Source: an uncultured bacterium (GTDB lineage Bacteria; Fidelibacterota; Marinisomatia; Marinisomatales; UBA1611). From it: a stretch of 64,000 nt of DNA. The position numbers and the translations under genes were made by a program. The stretch is from NCBI GenBank assembly GCA_943788175.1, contig CALSPG010000003.1:83088-147087 (forward strand), written 5' to 3'. This document shows, in pieces, positions 33,651 to 42,762 of the stretch; position 1 is the first letter of the stretch, and the number at the start of each line of letters is the position of its first letter. The notes beneath the pieces were generated by a model. That model saw only the letters and a list, made by a program, of their open reading frames with translations. It searched no databases and was not told where the DNA came from.

Positions 33651-34859
33651 ATGAATAATAACTCTTTAAAGTTAATGAATGTTGGTACTTTGGTTTCTTA
33701 TGATTCTGAACAGGATTCTATGGTGTCAAGCAAGAACCTAGAAATAGTCATTGAGGGCGGGAAAATAAAAGAAATAGGTAGAAATTTGAATTCAGCGGAT
33801 GACATATATGACTGTAAAAATAAATTATTAACGCCTGGGTTTGTTGATTGCCATACTCATCCAGTTTTTTTTGAAGATAGGCACAGAGAATTTAAAATGA
33901 GAGTTGATGGTTTATCATATGATGAAATTGCTGAAAGTGGAGGAGGTATTAATAGTAGCGTCAGTAGTTTAAGGTCAGCCTCAGAAATAAATTTAAAAAA
34001 TAGAGTTCAGACTAGAATGGATAACTTTCTGAAACTAGGTACAACAACAATTGAGGCAAAAAGTGGATATGGCTTAAATCTTGATAGTGAATTAAAATCT
34101 TTGAAAGTCTTAAATGACCTTAAATCAACTCATTTGATTGATATTGTTCCTACTTTTATGGGAGCTCATGCAATCCCAAAAGAGTATAAAAAAAAGCCCG
34201 ATGAATATGTTGATTATCTGTGTGAAGTCGTTATTCCAGAAATAGCAAAACAAGGGATAGCAGAGTATAATGATGTCTTTTGTGAAGAAGGATATTTTAA
34301 TCTAGAGCAAACAAAGAGAATTTTAGAGATGGGTTGTGAATATGGACTAATTCCAAGAATTCACGCTGATGAATTTAAAAACATTGGTGGCTCCAGTATT
34401 GCTGGAATCTTAAAATGCGTCTCCGCAGATCATTTAATGAAAATTAATGATGAAGATATAGCGCATATGCTAGAGTCAAATGTAACAGCAGTATTATTAC
34501 CTGGGACTACATTTTTCCTTGGGGAAAAAGCGTATGCACCTTATGAAAAACTTAAAAATACGGGGTTAGATGTTGCTATAGCAACAGATTATAATCCTGG
34601 CAGTTGTAATATTCAATCAATGACCTTTATTATCATGCTATCGGTTTTATATATGAAAATGAATATTTCTGATGCAATCTATTCCAGTACATACATTCCT
34701 GCAAAAGTATTAAATAGGCATAAAACAAGCGGTTCAATAGAGGTTGGCAAAATTGCAGATATAATTATATGGGATGTTTTAGAACTTATTGAGATTCCTT
34801 ATAACTTTTCAATAAACCCTATACGCGACGTAATAAAATCTGGAAATTTTGTATTTTAA
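33651..34859 (+). CDS. hutI: Imidazolonepropionase
   Basis: PGFVDCHTH, EAKSGYG, DVFCE, IHADE, ATDYNPGS. Confidence 0.95.
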   Translation: MNNNSLKLMNVGTLVSYDSEQDSMVSSKNLEIVIEGGKIKEIGRNLNSADDIYDCKNKLLTPGFVDCHTHPVFFEDRHREFKMRVDGLSYDEIAESGGGINSSVSSLRSASEINLKNRVQTRMDNFLKLGTTTIEAKSGYGLNLDSELKSLKVLNDLKSTHLIDIVPTFMGAHAIPKEYKKKPDEYVDYLCEVVIPEIAKQGIAEYNDVFCEEGYFNLEQTKRILEMGCEYGLIPRIHADEFKNIGGSSIAGILKCVSADHLMKINDEDIAHMLESNVTAVLLPGTTFFLGEKAYAPYEKLKNTGLDVAIATDYNPGSCNIQSMTFIIMLSVLYMKMNISDAIYSSTYIPAKVLNRHKTSGSIEVGKIADIIIWDVLELIEIPYNFSINPIRDVIKSGNFVF

Positions 34860-34869
34860 TATTTGTTAG

Positions 34870-34885
34870 AAACTCTCAAGAGTTT
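34870..34885. promoter_or_regulatory. Perfect 7-bp palindrome, possible operator
   Basis: AAACTCT-CA-AGAGTTT in the 41-nt spacer before ORF 34901. Confidence 0.3.
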
Positions 34886-34900
34886 AATTTTAAGAATCAA

Positions 34901-35350
34901 ATGAACAAAATATATCACAAAACAGCTAAGTATATTTCAATTCTAACTTGTTTATCACTTCTAGTTTTTAACTATACTTTTGCTAATTATGCATTTAAAA
35001 AGAAAATAAAAAGTGTATGCTCCTCATACAGAGTCTCGGTTAATGCATCCGCTATGGATTTTGACAGTAACTTATTTTCTTTAACATTAGAAAGTAATAG
35101 AAATAATTTTGAAATGGTTATGTTAGTAGGGTTTGCCTCTGCTGGGCAAGCTGTATCACATCAAAATAGCTTGGGACTTTCCAATGCGTATGTTCCACAA
35201 GAAATAAGTATTAGAGTAAATGTACCTTCATCAAAGGGTGAAACGATGGTTTTTGAAGCAACGTGTTCATCCAATGATGCTATTCAGCTCGCTGCAGGTA
35301 CATTAGACTCTTCAGAGTTTATGCAAAAAATTGATTTACAAACTTCATAA
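34901..35350 (+). CDS. Hypothetical exported protein
   Basis: 149-aa ORF with a hydrophobic N-terminal segment; no family recognised. Confidence 0.75.
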   Translation: MNKIYHKTAKYISILTCLSLLVFNYTFANYAFKKKIKSVCSSYRVSVNASAMDFDSNLFSLTLESNRNNFEMVMLVGFASAGQAVSHQNSLGLSNAYVPQEISIRVNVPSSKGETMVFEATCSSNDAIQLAAGTLDSSEFMQKIDLQTS

Positions 35351-35359
35351 GGAGAAATT

Positions 35360-35593
35360 ATGATTGGCTTAGGATTAGAAGAAACTTTATTACAGTATGT
35401 GCGTGCCGTAGGCTGGTCTGTTACAGCAGCAGTCGGTTTTGCATTTGGGGTAGGAATTGCTTTGAAAGTTTTTGACTGGTTATCAACAGACATAGATGAA
35501 TGGGAAGAAATAAAAAAAGGGAATATAGGCGTCTCTTTAATATTTATTTCTTTAATCGTTATGGTTGGGTTACTGGTTTATAAAGTGATTTAA
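35360..35593 (+). CDS. DUF350 small membrane protein
   Basis: Two TM helices flanking D.W.EIKKGNIGV; AAGGAG RBS. Confidence 0.82.
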   Translation: MIGLGLEETLLQYVRAVGWSVTAAVGFAFGVGIALKVFDWLSTDIDEWEEIKKGNIGVSLIFISLIVMVGLLVYKVI

Positions 35594-35619
35594 GCATTAT
35601 TTAGAAATTATTATTATCT

Positions 35620-35649
35620 AAAAGAGCCTTATCTTAGGCTCTTTTTTTT
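35620..35649. terminator. Intrinsic terminator, probably bidirectional
   Basis: AAAAGAGCCT-TATCTT-AGGCTCTTTT followed by a T run, between convergent genes. Confidence 0.85.
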
Positions 35650-37108
35650 ATAAAACTGTGTCGATAGTAATTAAAAATAAAGGTGATGAAACTGTACAAA
35701 GAAAGTTGACGGCGTCATTGTTCAGTCTTTTATCCCCAGTAAAAAGATAATAGTTTTTAATATAAGACTCAGAAATAATTAAACCACTTTTTGATATAAA
35801 TCGACTCTGGAATGAGCTTCCTATTATTGAATCAAAAAGAGAGGCAAAAAAACCAGACATAAATATCATCATTAGATATTTAACATCAATTTTAAATAAA
35901 TATCCAGTTAGACTAATTAATAGTGACCCCAATAAAGATCCAACTATTCCCATGGCAGTTACACCGCCCGATTCTCCCGTTTCTAATTTTTTTCTAGATA
36001 TTATATCGATTGGGTTTGTTTTGGAAAACTTTCCAATTTCAGTACCCCAAGTATCAGAGTTTGCGGCTGCGATTGCTGCAATGAATGAATAATATAAAAA
36101 GTTGTTAGGATAGAAATGATTAATAATACATAAAAGCAAAGCTAAGCCCCCATTAGCAAAAACCTGAGCAGCATTACGATTACTTTCAAGATTCATAGTC
36201 TGATGATTATTGAACTTTGAAAGGATTGTTGAAGATATAAAAAAAATACTAATTGGAATTAAATGATCTAAGCCGCCAAATCCTACAATGAGCGTTCCCA
36301 TGAAATTTGCGCTTATGAATCCACTTAACGATAAGTGTTTTTTTCTAAAGAAATAGAAAAGAAAAATAAAAATCAGGATAATTATAAATAAAAATTCACT
36401 TAAAAAGTTATTTTGGTTTAAATGATTAAATAATTCTATAAAAAGAAATGCTGTGATGGGGATTGTTAGGTTATCAGAACCTTTAAAACTTATTGATTCG
36501 GAAAAAGTAATCGCAATTGAACAAATAATTATGGCAATTGTAGTATTTAAAATGTCAAAATCGATAAAAATAAAGTGAGAAACTAATGTCATTAAAACTA
36601 GAGTAGCTGTAAACATAGCAGCAGAACCTTCAATTGACTTTATATCTCCAGCGATATTGTATTTATGTACACTTCTTTTCCTGTTTCCAACAAATGAAGC
36701 TAAGGGGTCAGCAACCGCTAAAATTATATAGGAGGCAGCTATTTGATATGAATAATCCCAAAATAGACCACAAATTAGTATGAAAGAAAGCGGAAAATAA
36801 ATTGTACCGAGCGATTCCCTTCCAATATCATGAAAACTATTCAATTTATTATTTTTGTAACTAATTAAATTTATGAAGAGAAATAAAAAAGCTAATATTA
36901 TTGGCTGAATTTTATTTGGAAAAAGAAAAGGGCTTGATGAAACTGCCAGCCCTGTAAAAAGATGTATTATGGCTCGGTTTGAAGAGGCTGATAATATTTT
37001 TTTTTTGTAACCGAATTCACCGAAAAGGATTAAAAATAATATTAAAAAAAGAAATAAAACAAATAATTCCCACGGACTGTCCAATTGGTATAAAATTTGA
37101 TTAAACAT
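35648..37108 (-). CDS. Polytopic membrane protein: phytol/dolichol-kinase-like N-half fused to DUF92 (TMEM19-like) C-half
   Basis: R..IH, AD..AS.VG, KSIEGS, GSDNL.IP, then QVFANGG, DTWGTEIG, SGGVT..G, DS.IG, NNDAVN. Confidence 0.8.
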   Translation of the reverse strand: MFNQILYQLDSPWELFVLFLFLILFLILFGEFGYKKKILSASSNRAIIHLFTGLAVSSSPFLFPNKIQPIILAFLFLFINLISYKNNKLNSFHDIGRESLGTIYFPLSFILICGLFWDYSYQIAASYIILAVADPLASFVGNRKRSVHKYNIAGDIKSIEGSAAMFTATLVLMTLVSHFIFIDFDILNTTIAIIICSIAITFSESISFKGSDNLTIPITAFLFIELFNHLNQNNFLSEFLFIIILIFIFLFYFFRKKHLSLSGFISANFMGTLIVGFGGLDHLIPISIFFISSTILSKFNNHQTMNLESNRNAAQVFANGGLALLLCIINHFYPNNFLYYSFIAAIAAANSDTWGTEIGKFSKTNPIDIISRKKLETGESGGVTAMGIVGSLLGSLLISLTGYLFKIDVKYLMMIFMSGFFASLFDSIIGSSFQSRFISKSGLIISESYIKNYYLFTGDKRLNNDAVNFLCTVSSPLFLITIDTVL

Positions 37109-37174
37109 TATAGCATCAAATTATTTGTTTTTTTAAATATTCTGCAAGGTTATTACTTTTAATAAATTCTAAAT

Positions 37175-37753
37175 ATGAAAGTAGCCGTAAATGATTTCGT
37201 AAAGAGGCAGACAGAATTATCTGGTAAAACCTTTTCTAATGATCTTTCTTTTGGGTTTTTTGCTAATCATGCGAAGGATAAAATGATAAAAAATGAATTC
37301 TTGATTGGTTATCGAAAAGGAGTCCGGATTGTTACGATTGACAAGAAATATGTCCATAAAGTATTTTGTCCATATGTAAAAATTACCAAAGATATTAAAC
37401 TCGTCTCAAAGCTGGTAAAAAGAAAAGAAAATGAATTGCCTTATATTCAGACTCGAGCCATAAATGGTATTCCTGTTAAGGCCGGTTCGGTAGATCTTAT
37501 TTTATATAGTCATAAAGTTTTACTTGAGAATGATGAAAATACTACAGATGCTGACTGGGAGTTAGTAAGTATAAATGCGATACCGGATGGTGAAGACACA
37601 ATGCCTATTGCTCCCGTAACAATGATGAGAAATCAACTTAATTTGGCTGGTGGGACTAAAGCTCTCTACTCAACTGAAGAATGGGCCAAATCAGTGCAAT
37701 TTTGGCAAAAATATGCTTCATTAAACCCAGTAAATTCAATAGACGAAGATTGA
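37175..37753 (+). CDS. DUF3228-like protein
   Basis: GYR.GV, LILYS, W..VSI, P.TMMRN.L...GG, SV.FW motifs. Confidence 0.7.
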   Translation: MKVAVNDFVKRQTELSGKTFSNDLSFGFFANHAKDKMIKNEFLIGYRKGVRIVTIDKKYVHKVFCPYVKITKDIKLVSKLVKRKENELPYIQTRAINGIPVKAGSVDLILYSHKVLLENDENTTDADWELVSINAIPDGEDTMPIAPVTMMRNQLNLAGGTKALYSTEEWAKSVQFWQKYASLNPVNSIDED

Positions 37754-37931
37754 ATTAATAGTCCTCTAAAGCCTTGTAATTAATAAATTAGCTATTTAAC
37801 TTGCCTAGCAACCTATTATTTGTTGTAAATAGTTAAATTAGCGGAGTCCATAAAACGAGGATTTATCTTCTGTTTGGAATTTAAATACATAAAATAGTAA
37901 TTGACGATATCAAATTGATGTAAATATATAC

Positions 37932-40900
37932 ATGCGTTCGAAAAAAATTATAAATAAGATTTTATTATTCTTTTTTATTGTGCTATCGATTATTTCAGGC
38001 CAGGCTTTTGAGATATCTGGTACTATTAAAGATGAAAGTGGTAAAAAAGTTTCAAATGCGAGACTGACTTTATACTCTTCAAAATATCAACTAGTAAAAA
38101 CAGAAAGAACTAAAGGTAATGGTAAATTTAAGTTTAAAAAAATTACACCAGATAAATACACCTTAAATATTTATGGGGCTGGAGGAAACTCTGCCACCAA
38201 AGAAATTGATTTAAGATCTAAATCATTAACAAAACTCGAAGTAATTACATCTCAAGATGACAGGCAGCCTCAATTAACTGTGGTATCAGAAGTTGGTAAT
38301 GTTATTTTAAAATGGGAACCAATAAATAATTCTGGTGAGTACATAATTTTTAGAAATAATACAGAACTCACTAAAACTTCAAAGCCATCATACAAAGATA
38401 AAGTAATTGGTGGAAAGTCTTATGCTTATAACATTACAGCTGTTGATAATAATGGTGAGAAGGGTACCAGGTCATTAACGGAACACGGAAAGGCTCTCTT
38501 AAAATCTCCTGCAAATATTAAAGCGCTAGCAAAAAAAAACACAATATCCCTTTCTTGGGATGAAGTTCAAAATGCAAATAGTTATAATATTTATAGAGAT
38601 GATGATCTAATTAATACAACAACGGAGTTAGAATATTCTGATTACAAATTGAAATATGATGAAGATTATGATTATACGATAGTTTCTGTTGATCACCACC
38701 AAGAAGAAGGGCCAAAGTCAAGTTCGAAGTCAATTTCTACCCATAAAGAAGTAAAAAAAATCAAAAAGATCAAAGCAGAAGCTGGTGAGAGCATTGTCGA
38801 TCTTGAATGGACTAAGCATGAACTCGCTGTCAAGTATAAAATATATCAAAATGGAACTCTAATTGATTCAGTTAAAGCTATTAAATACACTGCTAAGACT
38901 GATCCTGGAACTGAAAACTGTTTTACAGTCTCTGCTGTTGATAAACACGGAACAGAAGGGCCTCAATCTGTACCAGCTTGTGATAAAGCACAGTTTCCTC
39001 CTCCTGAAAAAATTAGTTTAACTCTTGGAGAAAAATATTCTGATGAAATGAATTCTCTTAGAATTGAATGGGTCCCGGTTGAAGGCCCATCCTCATATAA
39101 TATATATCGAGATGGTAAATCTCTAACAAATTCTAAAAACACTAGCTATCATGATAAGGACTTAGACTTTGGCAAAGAATATACTTATGAGATTTCATCT
39201 CTTTCTGATGATGGGTTAGAGGGGCCATTATCAGAACCTACTAAAGAGCAGACGCCAAAAATATTTAAAATAAATGGTCAACTTATTAATGAAAAAGGAC
39301 AGCCTAAGATTGAAGAAGCAAAAGTTTTCTTGTATAATGATAATAATGTTTTATGGGAAGAGTATACTTCGGGCTCAAATGGAAAATTTACATTAGAGAA
39401 CCGTATAATATCTGGTAACTACAGAATTAAAGTATTCGGAAACGGACATGGTAATAATGGGGAATATGCTGGTAATGGTGGGATAAATATTAACATAAAA
39501 AATAAAGATGAGAGTCCAAAAATAAATTTATCAACAGATGGACTCAGGCCTGAATTATCTGCGAAACGAGGAGTCCAAAGAGTTCTTGTAAGGTGGAAAG
39601 CGCTCCCACATGCAGAATCTTATACAGTTTATAAAAATAATAAACCTGTAGCTGATAAAATTAAAGAAACTAAATATATTGATAATGTTGCCCCTGGAAA
39701 ATTTTATGAATACCATGTTAGGGCATGGGATTTGTATGATTTGGAGGGGCCAGAGTCTAATAAAGAAAAGCAAAAATCGTCGTATCAATTTCCAACTTTA
39801 AAACCTAGTATTAAAATGAATGCTCTTAAAACTGAAGGTAGCGGGCGAATTGTTACGCTTGAGTGGATTGCAATTCCGAATGTGGAAAAGTATGCTATTT
39901 ATAGAGATAGTGTGCTAATATCAAAACAAGAAGAATTAACCTATGTTGATTCTTTAGAATGGGGTAAGGAATACAAATTTAGTATTAATTCTATTGATCC
40001 AGATAACGATGAGGGCGCCATATCTGAAGATGTTATTGTTGTTACTCACCCTGAAGTTTTAACACCTGAACTGAAAGCGTTAGGGAATGTTAATGCAGTA
40101 GATTTAACCTGGACGGATTTAAGTCCTATTGCTACCTTTTATAAAGTGTTTCGTAATGGAAGTTATCTTGGAGATTTCGATAATCCATCCTTTTCTGATA
40201 ATGTTGCTCCCGGAAAAGAATATTGTTATTCAGTGTCAGCGGCAGATCAATATGGAACAGAAGGTGAACAATCAACAACTGAGTGCGGAAAAGGTCAGTT
40301 TGCCCCTCCTTCAAATTTTTCGGCTGAAGTAATGCGTAATACAGTTCGGTTTAATTGGAAGTCCGTGGAGGGTGTTAGTGGATATCATCTATACAGGAAT
40401 GGTGAACTCATCCTTACAACTCAAGATTTCTCTCATTTAGATGAAAATATAGAATATGATAAAGACTTTCAGTATGATATTGCTTCATTTGATCAAGATG
40501 GAGACGATGGACCTATAGTAAGCGTAAAAGTACGTACTCACGAAGAAATAACTAGTCCAGTGATGGCTGGTGCTGCAGATCTAAAGCAAGTTACTTTAAC
40601 TTGGAATCAGCTACCATTACGTATTGACCATGTTTACAAAGTTTATAGGGATGGACTCCTCCTTGCTGATTTAACCGATACTTTTTATGTCGATATTGTA
40701 GATCCCGGGCAATATTATTGTTACAAAATTACGGCTAAAGACTCTTATGGTACAGAAGGTCCAGCTTCAAATGAAGAATGCTTTAAAGTTTTAGTTAATT
40801 ATCCAAAAGGATTCACTCTAACAGGAGATGTTAAAAGAGTCTTGTTTAGATGGAAGCAGATGTTAGGAGCAGTACAATATAATATTTACACTCATAATAA

Positions 40901-42713
40901 GGATAACGGTGAAACTACCTTTATGACTAAAACGAAAAGTAGTTATTATATTCATAAAGGTCTAGAGTTTGATACAGAATATTGTTATAAAATGTCATCT
41001 ATAGATGCTGATGGAGATGAGGGTCCATTATCTCCAGTAATGTGTGGCTGGGTCCTGCCGCCTCCTCATTTAACGTTAGTCGAAAAGTTTTTTGTTGAGC
41101 AATCTGATAACCAAATCCTAGATGGAAAAGAGGATGGTTTAATTGTTGTTAAAATAGTAAACGATGGAAGAAGTCCAGCTAGAGAACTAAAACCATTTTT
41201 AGAACCATTAAATTTTTCAAACACACCATCTCTGATTATTGATACTGTTGCGACTATTCCTATCTTGGGCGTTGGGGATTCCATTACAATTAATTTCCCA
41301 ATTTCAGCAAAATTAAAAATTGAATCTGGTGATAGAAATTTTAATATAAGAATTGATGAATATGCAGGTATGAACTTAGATCCAGAACTCATATCCTTCC
41401 CCACATTAGCAGTCGTACCACCAAATCTTGTAATAGCTGATTTCGCTATTGATAATGAATTTGGACATCACTATATACCAAAAAATGAAACAACTACTCT
41501 AACAGTGAGATTTCAAAATTTATCAATTGGGAAAACGGATACTGCTGTTTTAGCTTTTAGAAGAGGCGAGGGCTTTGAAAATGATTTAGACGAGATAAAG
41601 ACTTTTGGCTTGGTCCCAGGTGGAGCATGGTTTGATTTTAGTTTTGAACTGTTAGCAAAAGAAAATCGGTTTACAATCTATTTTGATACATATGATTACT
41701 TTGATGTAAGAAAAACAATTCCTATACACCTTGAAACTTTAAAACATTATAAGGGCAAAGACGATTTAAAAGCCATCGATATTGCCATTAATGACTTTTC
41801 ACCTCCTGGTCAAAAGTCAAAAGACCATCGCTTGCTGTTAGACCTTCCTTATGCTAATATGAATCGAGAAATGATAGGTGTCGTGATTGGAAATAAGCAT
41901 TTTTGGACTGAAAAAATTCCAGGCAATCAGTCAAGTGAAGAAGATGTCAAAATTGTAAGGCAATATTACAATAAGCTTTTTGGAATGAAAAATCACCAGA
42001 TGGTACCTTCTCAATTTTGGCTTTTTGAAAATGGAGTTACGATTAATAACTTCAATGAGATTTTCAACCCAAATCTTGGATTTATTAAGGATAAGATCGA
42101 GTCAGTAGTGGAATATTCAAAGTTGGATACAATTGACTTAATGTTATACTATTCAGGAGAGGGAACCACAGTAGCAGGTGAAAAATGTATTATTCCATAT
42201 GATGCTGATAAAAATAAAATCCACTCATTTTTTAAGATAAAAGATTTGTACTCAATGCTTAAAGAAATTAATAAAATTGATAATATCGGAGATATTTTTG
42301 TTTTTATGGATGTTGATTTTAATAACTCGGGATTCAAACAAAACTTAAAAACTGCTGAGCTAGATAATCCAAAAAAGAAAAAGAAAAAGAAAAAGAAAAA
42401 AGAAGAAGAACCTAAACCGATTTTTCCAACGGAGTTAATACCTCCTAAGGGCATTACAATTTTTTACGCTGCAAATACTACAGAAAAATCTTATGATCAT
42501 CCTGATGCGAAAAATGGAATATTTACTTATTATATGTTAAAAGGTCTTCGAGGTGATGCAGACAATGGTGATAAAGCAATTACAGTTGGTGAATTGCATA
42601 ATTACATTCGTAAAAATGTTCTTGATACCACAAAAAATCTCTATTCTAGCTTGCCACAAACACCTCAATTATTTACTGAAAATCCTGATAGAGTATTGTT
42701 ACGACTGCCATAG
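37932..42713 (+). CDS. Large secreted protein: two carboxypeptidase-regulatory-like domains, about 10 FN3 repeats, Ig-like domains and a C-terminal caspase-like (C14) domain without the catalytic dyad
   Basis: Signal peptide; repeated L.W....Y.IYR.G...Y.D motifs; YYSGEG in place of YSGHG, MDVDF in place of LDAC; GIFTYYMLKGLRGDAD..ITVGEL...QTP. Confidence 0.85.
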   Translation: MRSKKIINKILLFFFIVLSIISGQAFEISGTIKDESGKKVSNARLTLYSSKYQLVKTERTKGNGKFKFKKITPDKYTLNIYGAGGNSATKEIDLRSKSLTKLEVITSQDDRQPQLTVVSEVGNVILKWEPINNSGEYIIFRNNTELTKTSKPSYKDKVIGGKSYAYNITAVDNNGEKGTRSLTEHGKALLKSPANIKALAKKNTISLSWDEVQNANSYNIYRDDDLINTTTELEYSDYKLKYDEDYDYTIVSVDHHQEEGPKSSSKSISTHKEVKKIKKIKAEAGESIVDLEWTKHELAVKYKIYQNGTLIDSVKAIKYTAKTDPGTENCFTVSAVDKHGTEGPQSVPACDKAQFPPPEKISLTLGEKYSDEMNSLRIEWVPVEGPSSYNIYRDGKSLTNSKNTSYHDKDLDFGKEYTYEISSLSDDGLEGPLSEPTKEQTPKIFKINGQLINEKGQPKIEEAKVFLYNDNNVLWEEYTSGSNGKFTLENRIISGNYRIKVFGNGHGNNGEYAGNGGININIKNKDESPKINLSTDGLRPELSAKRGVQRVLVRWKALPHAESYTVYKNNKPVADKIKETKYIDNVAPGKFYEYHVRAWDLYDLEGPESNKEKQKSSYQFPTLKPSIKMNALKTEGSGRIVTLEWIAIPNVEKYAIYRDSVLISKQEELTYVDSLEWGKEYKFSINSIDPDNDEGAISEDVIVVTHPEVLTPELKALGNVNAVDLTWTDLSPIATFYKVFRNGSYLGDFDNPSFSDNVAPGKEYCYSVSAADQYGTEGEQSTTECGKGQFAPPSNFSAEVMRNTVRFNWKSVEGVSGYHLYRNGELILTTQDFSHLDENIEYDKDFQYDIASFDQDGDDGPIVSVKVRTHEEITSPVMAGAADLKQVTLTWNQLPLRIDHVYKVYRDGLLLADLTDTFYVDIVDPGQYYCYKITAKDSYGTEGPASNEECFKVLVNYPKGFTLTGDVKRVLFRWKQMLGAVQYNIYTHNKDNGETTFMTKTKSSYYIHKGLEFDTEYCYKMSSIDADGDEGPLSPVMCGWVLPPPHLTLVEKFFVEQSDNQILDGKEDGLIVVKIVNDGRSPARELKPFLEPLNFSNTPSLIIDTVATIPILGVGDSITINFPISAKLKIESGDRNFNIRIDEYAGMNLDPELISFPTLAVVPPNLVIADFAIDNEFGHHYIPKNETTTLTVRFQNLSIGKTDTAVLAFRRGEGFENDLDEIKTFGLVPGGAWFDFSFELLAKENRFTIYFDTYDYFDVRKTIPIHLETLKHYKGKDDLKAIDIAINDFSPPGQKSKDHRLLLDLPYANMNREMIGVVIGNKHFWTEKIPGNQSSEEDVKIVRQYYNKLFGMKNHQMVPSQFWLFENGVTINNFNEIFNPNLGFIKDKIESVVEYSKLDTIDLMLYYSGEGTTVAGEKCIIPYDADKNKIHSFFKIKDLYSMLKEINKIDNIGDIFVFMDVDFNNSGFKQNLKTAELDNPKKKKKKKKKKEEEPKPIFPTELIPPKGITIFYAANTTEKSYDHPDAKNGIFTYYMLKGLRGDADNGDKAITVGELHNYIRKNVLDTTKNLYSSLPQTPQLFTENPDRVLLRLP
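42372..42410 (+). repeat. (AAAAAG)n tract encoding K10E3
   Basis: AAA AAG alternating, then GAA x3. Confidence 0.9.
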
Positions 42714-42762
42714 AGTTATTTATAAAGGGTATTAAAATCATAAAGATTTTTAAGCTGGGTTT

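Noticed and set aside
37784-37850. Imperfect inverted repeat upstream of the FN3/caspase-like genes
   Set aside because: Almost all A/T with mismatches; could arise by chance and matches no RNA family I recognise
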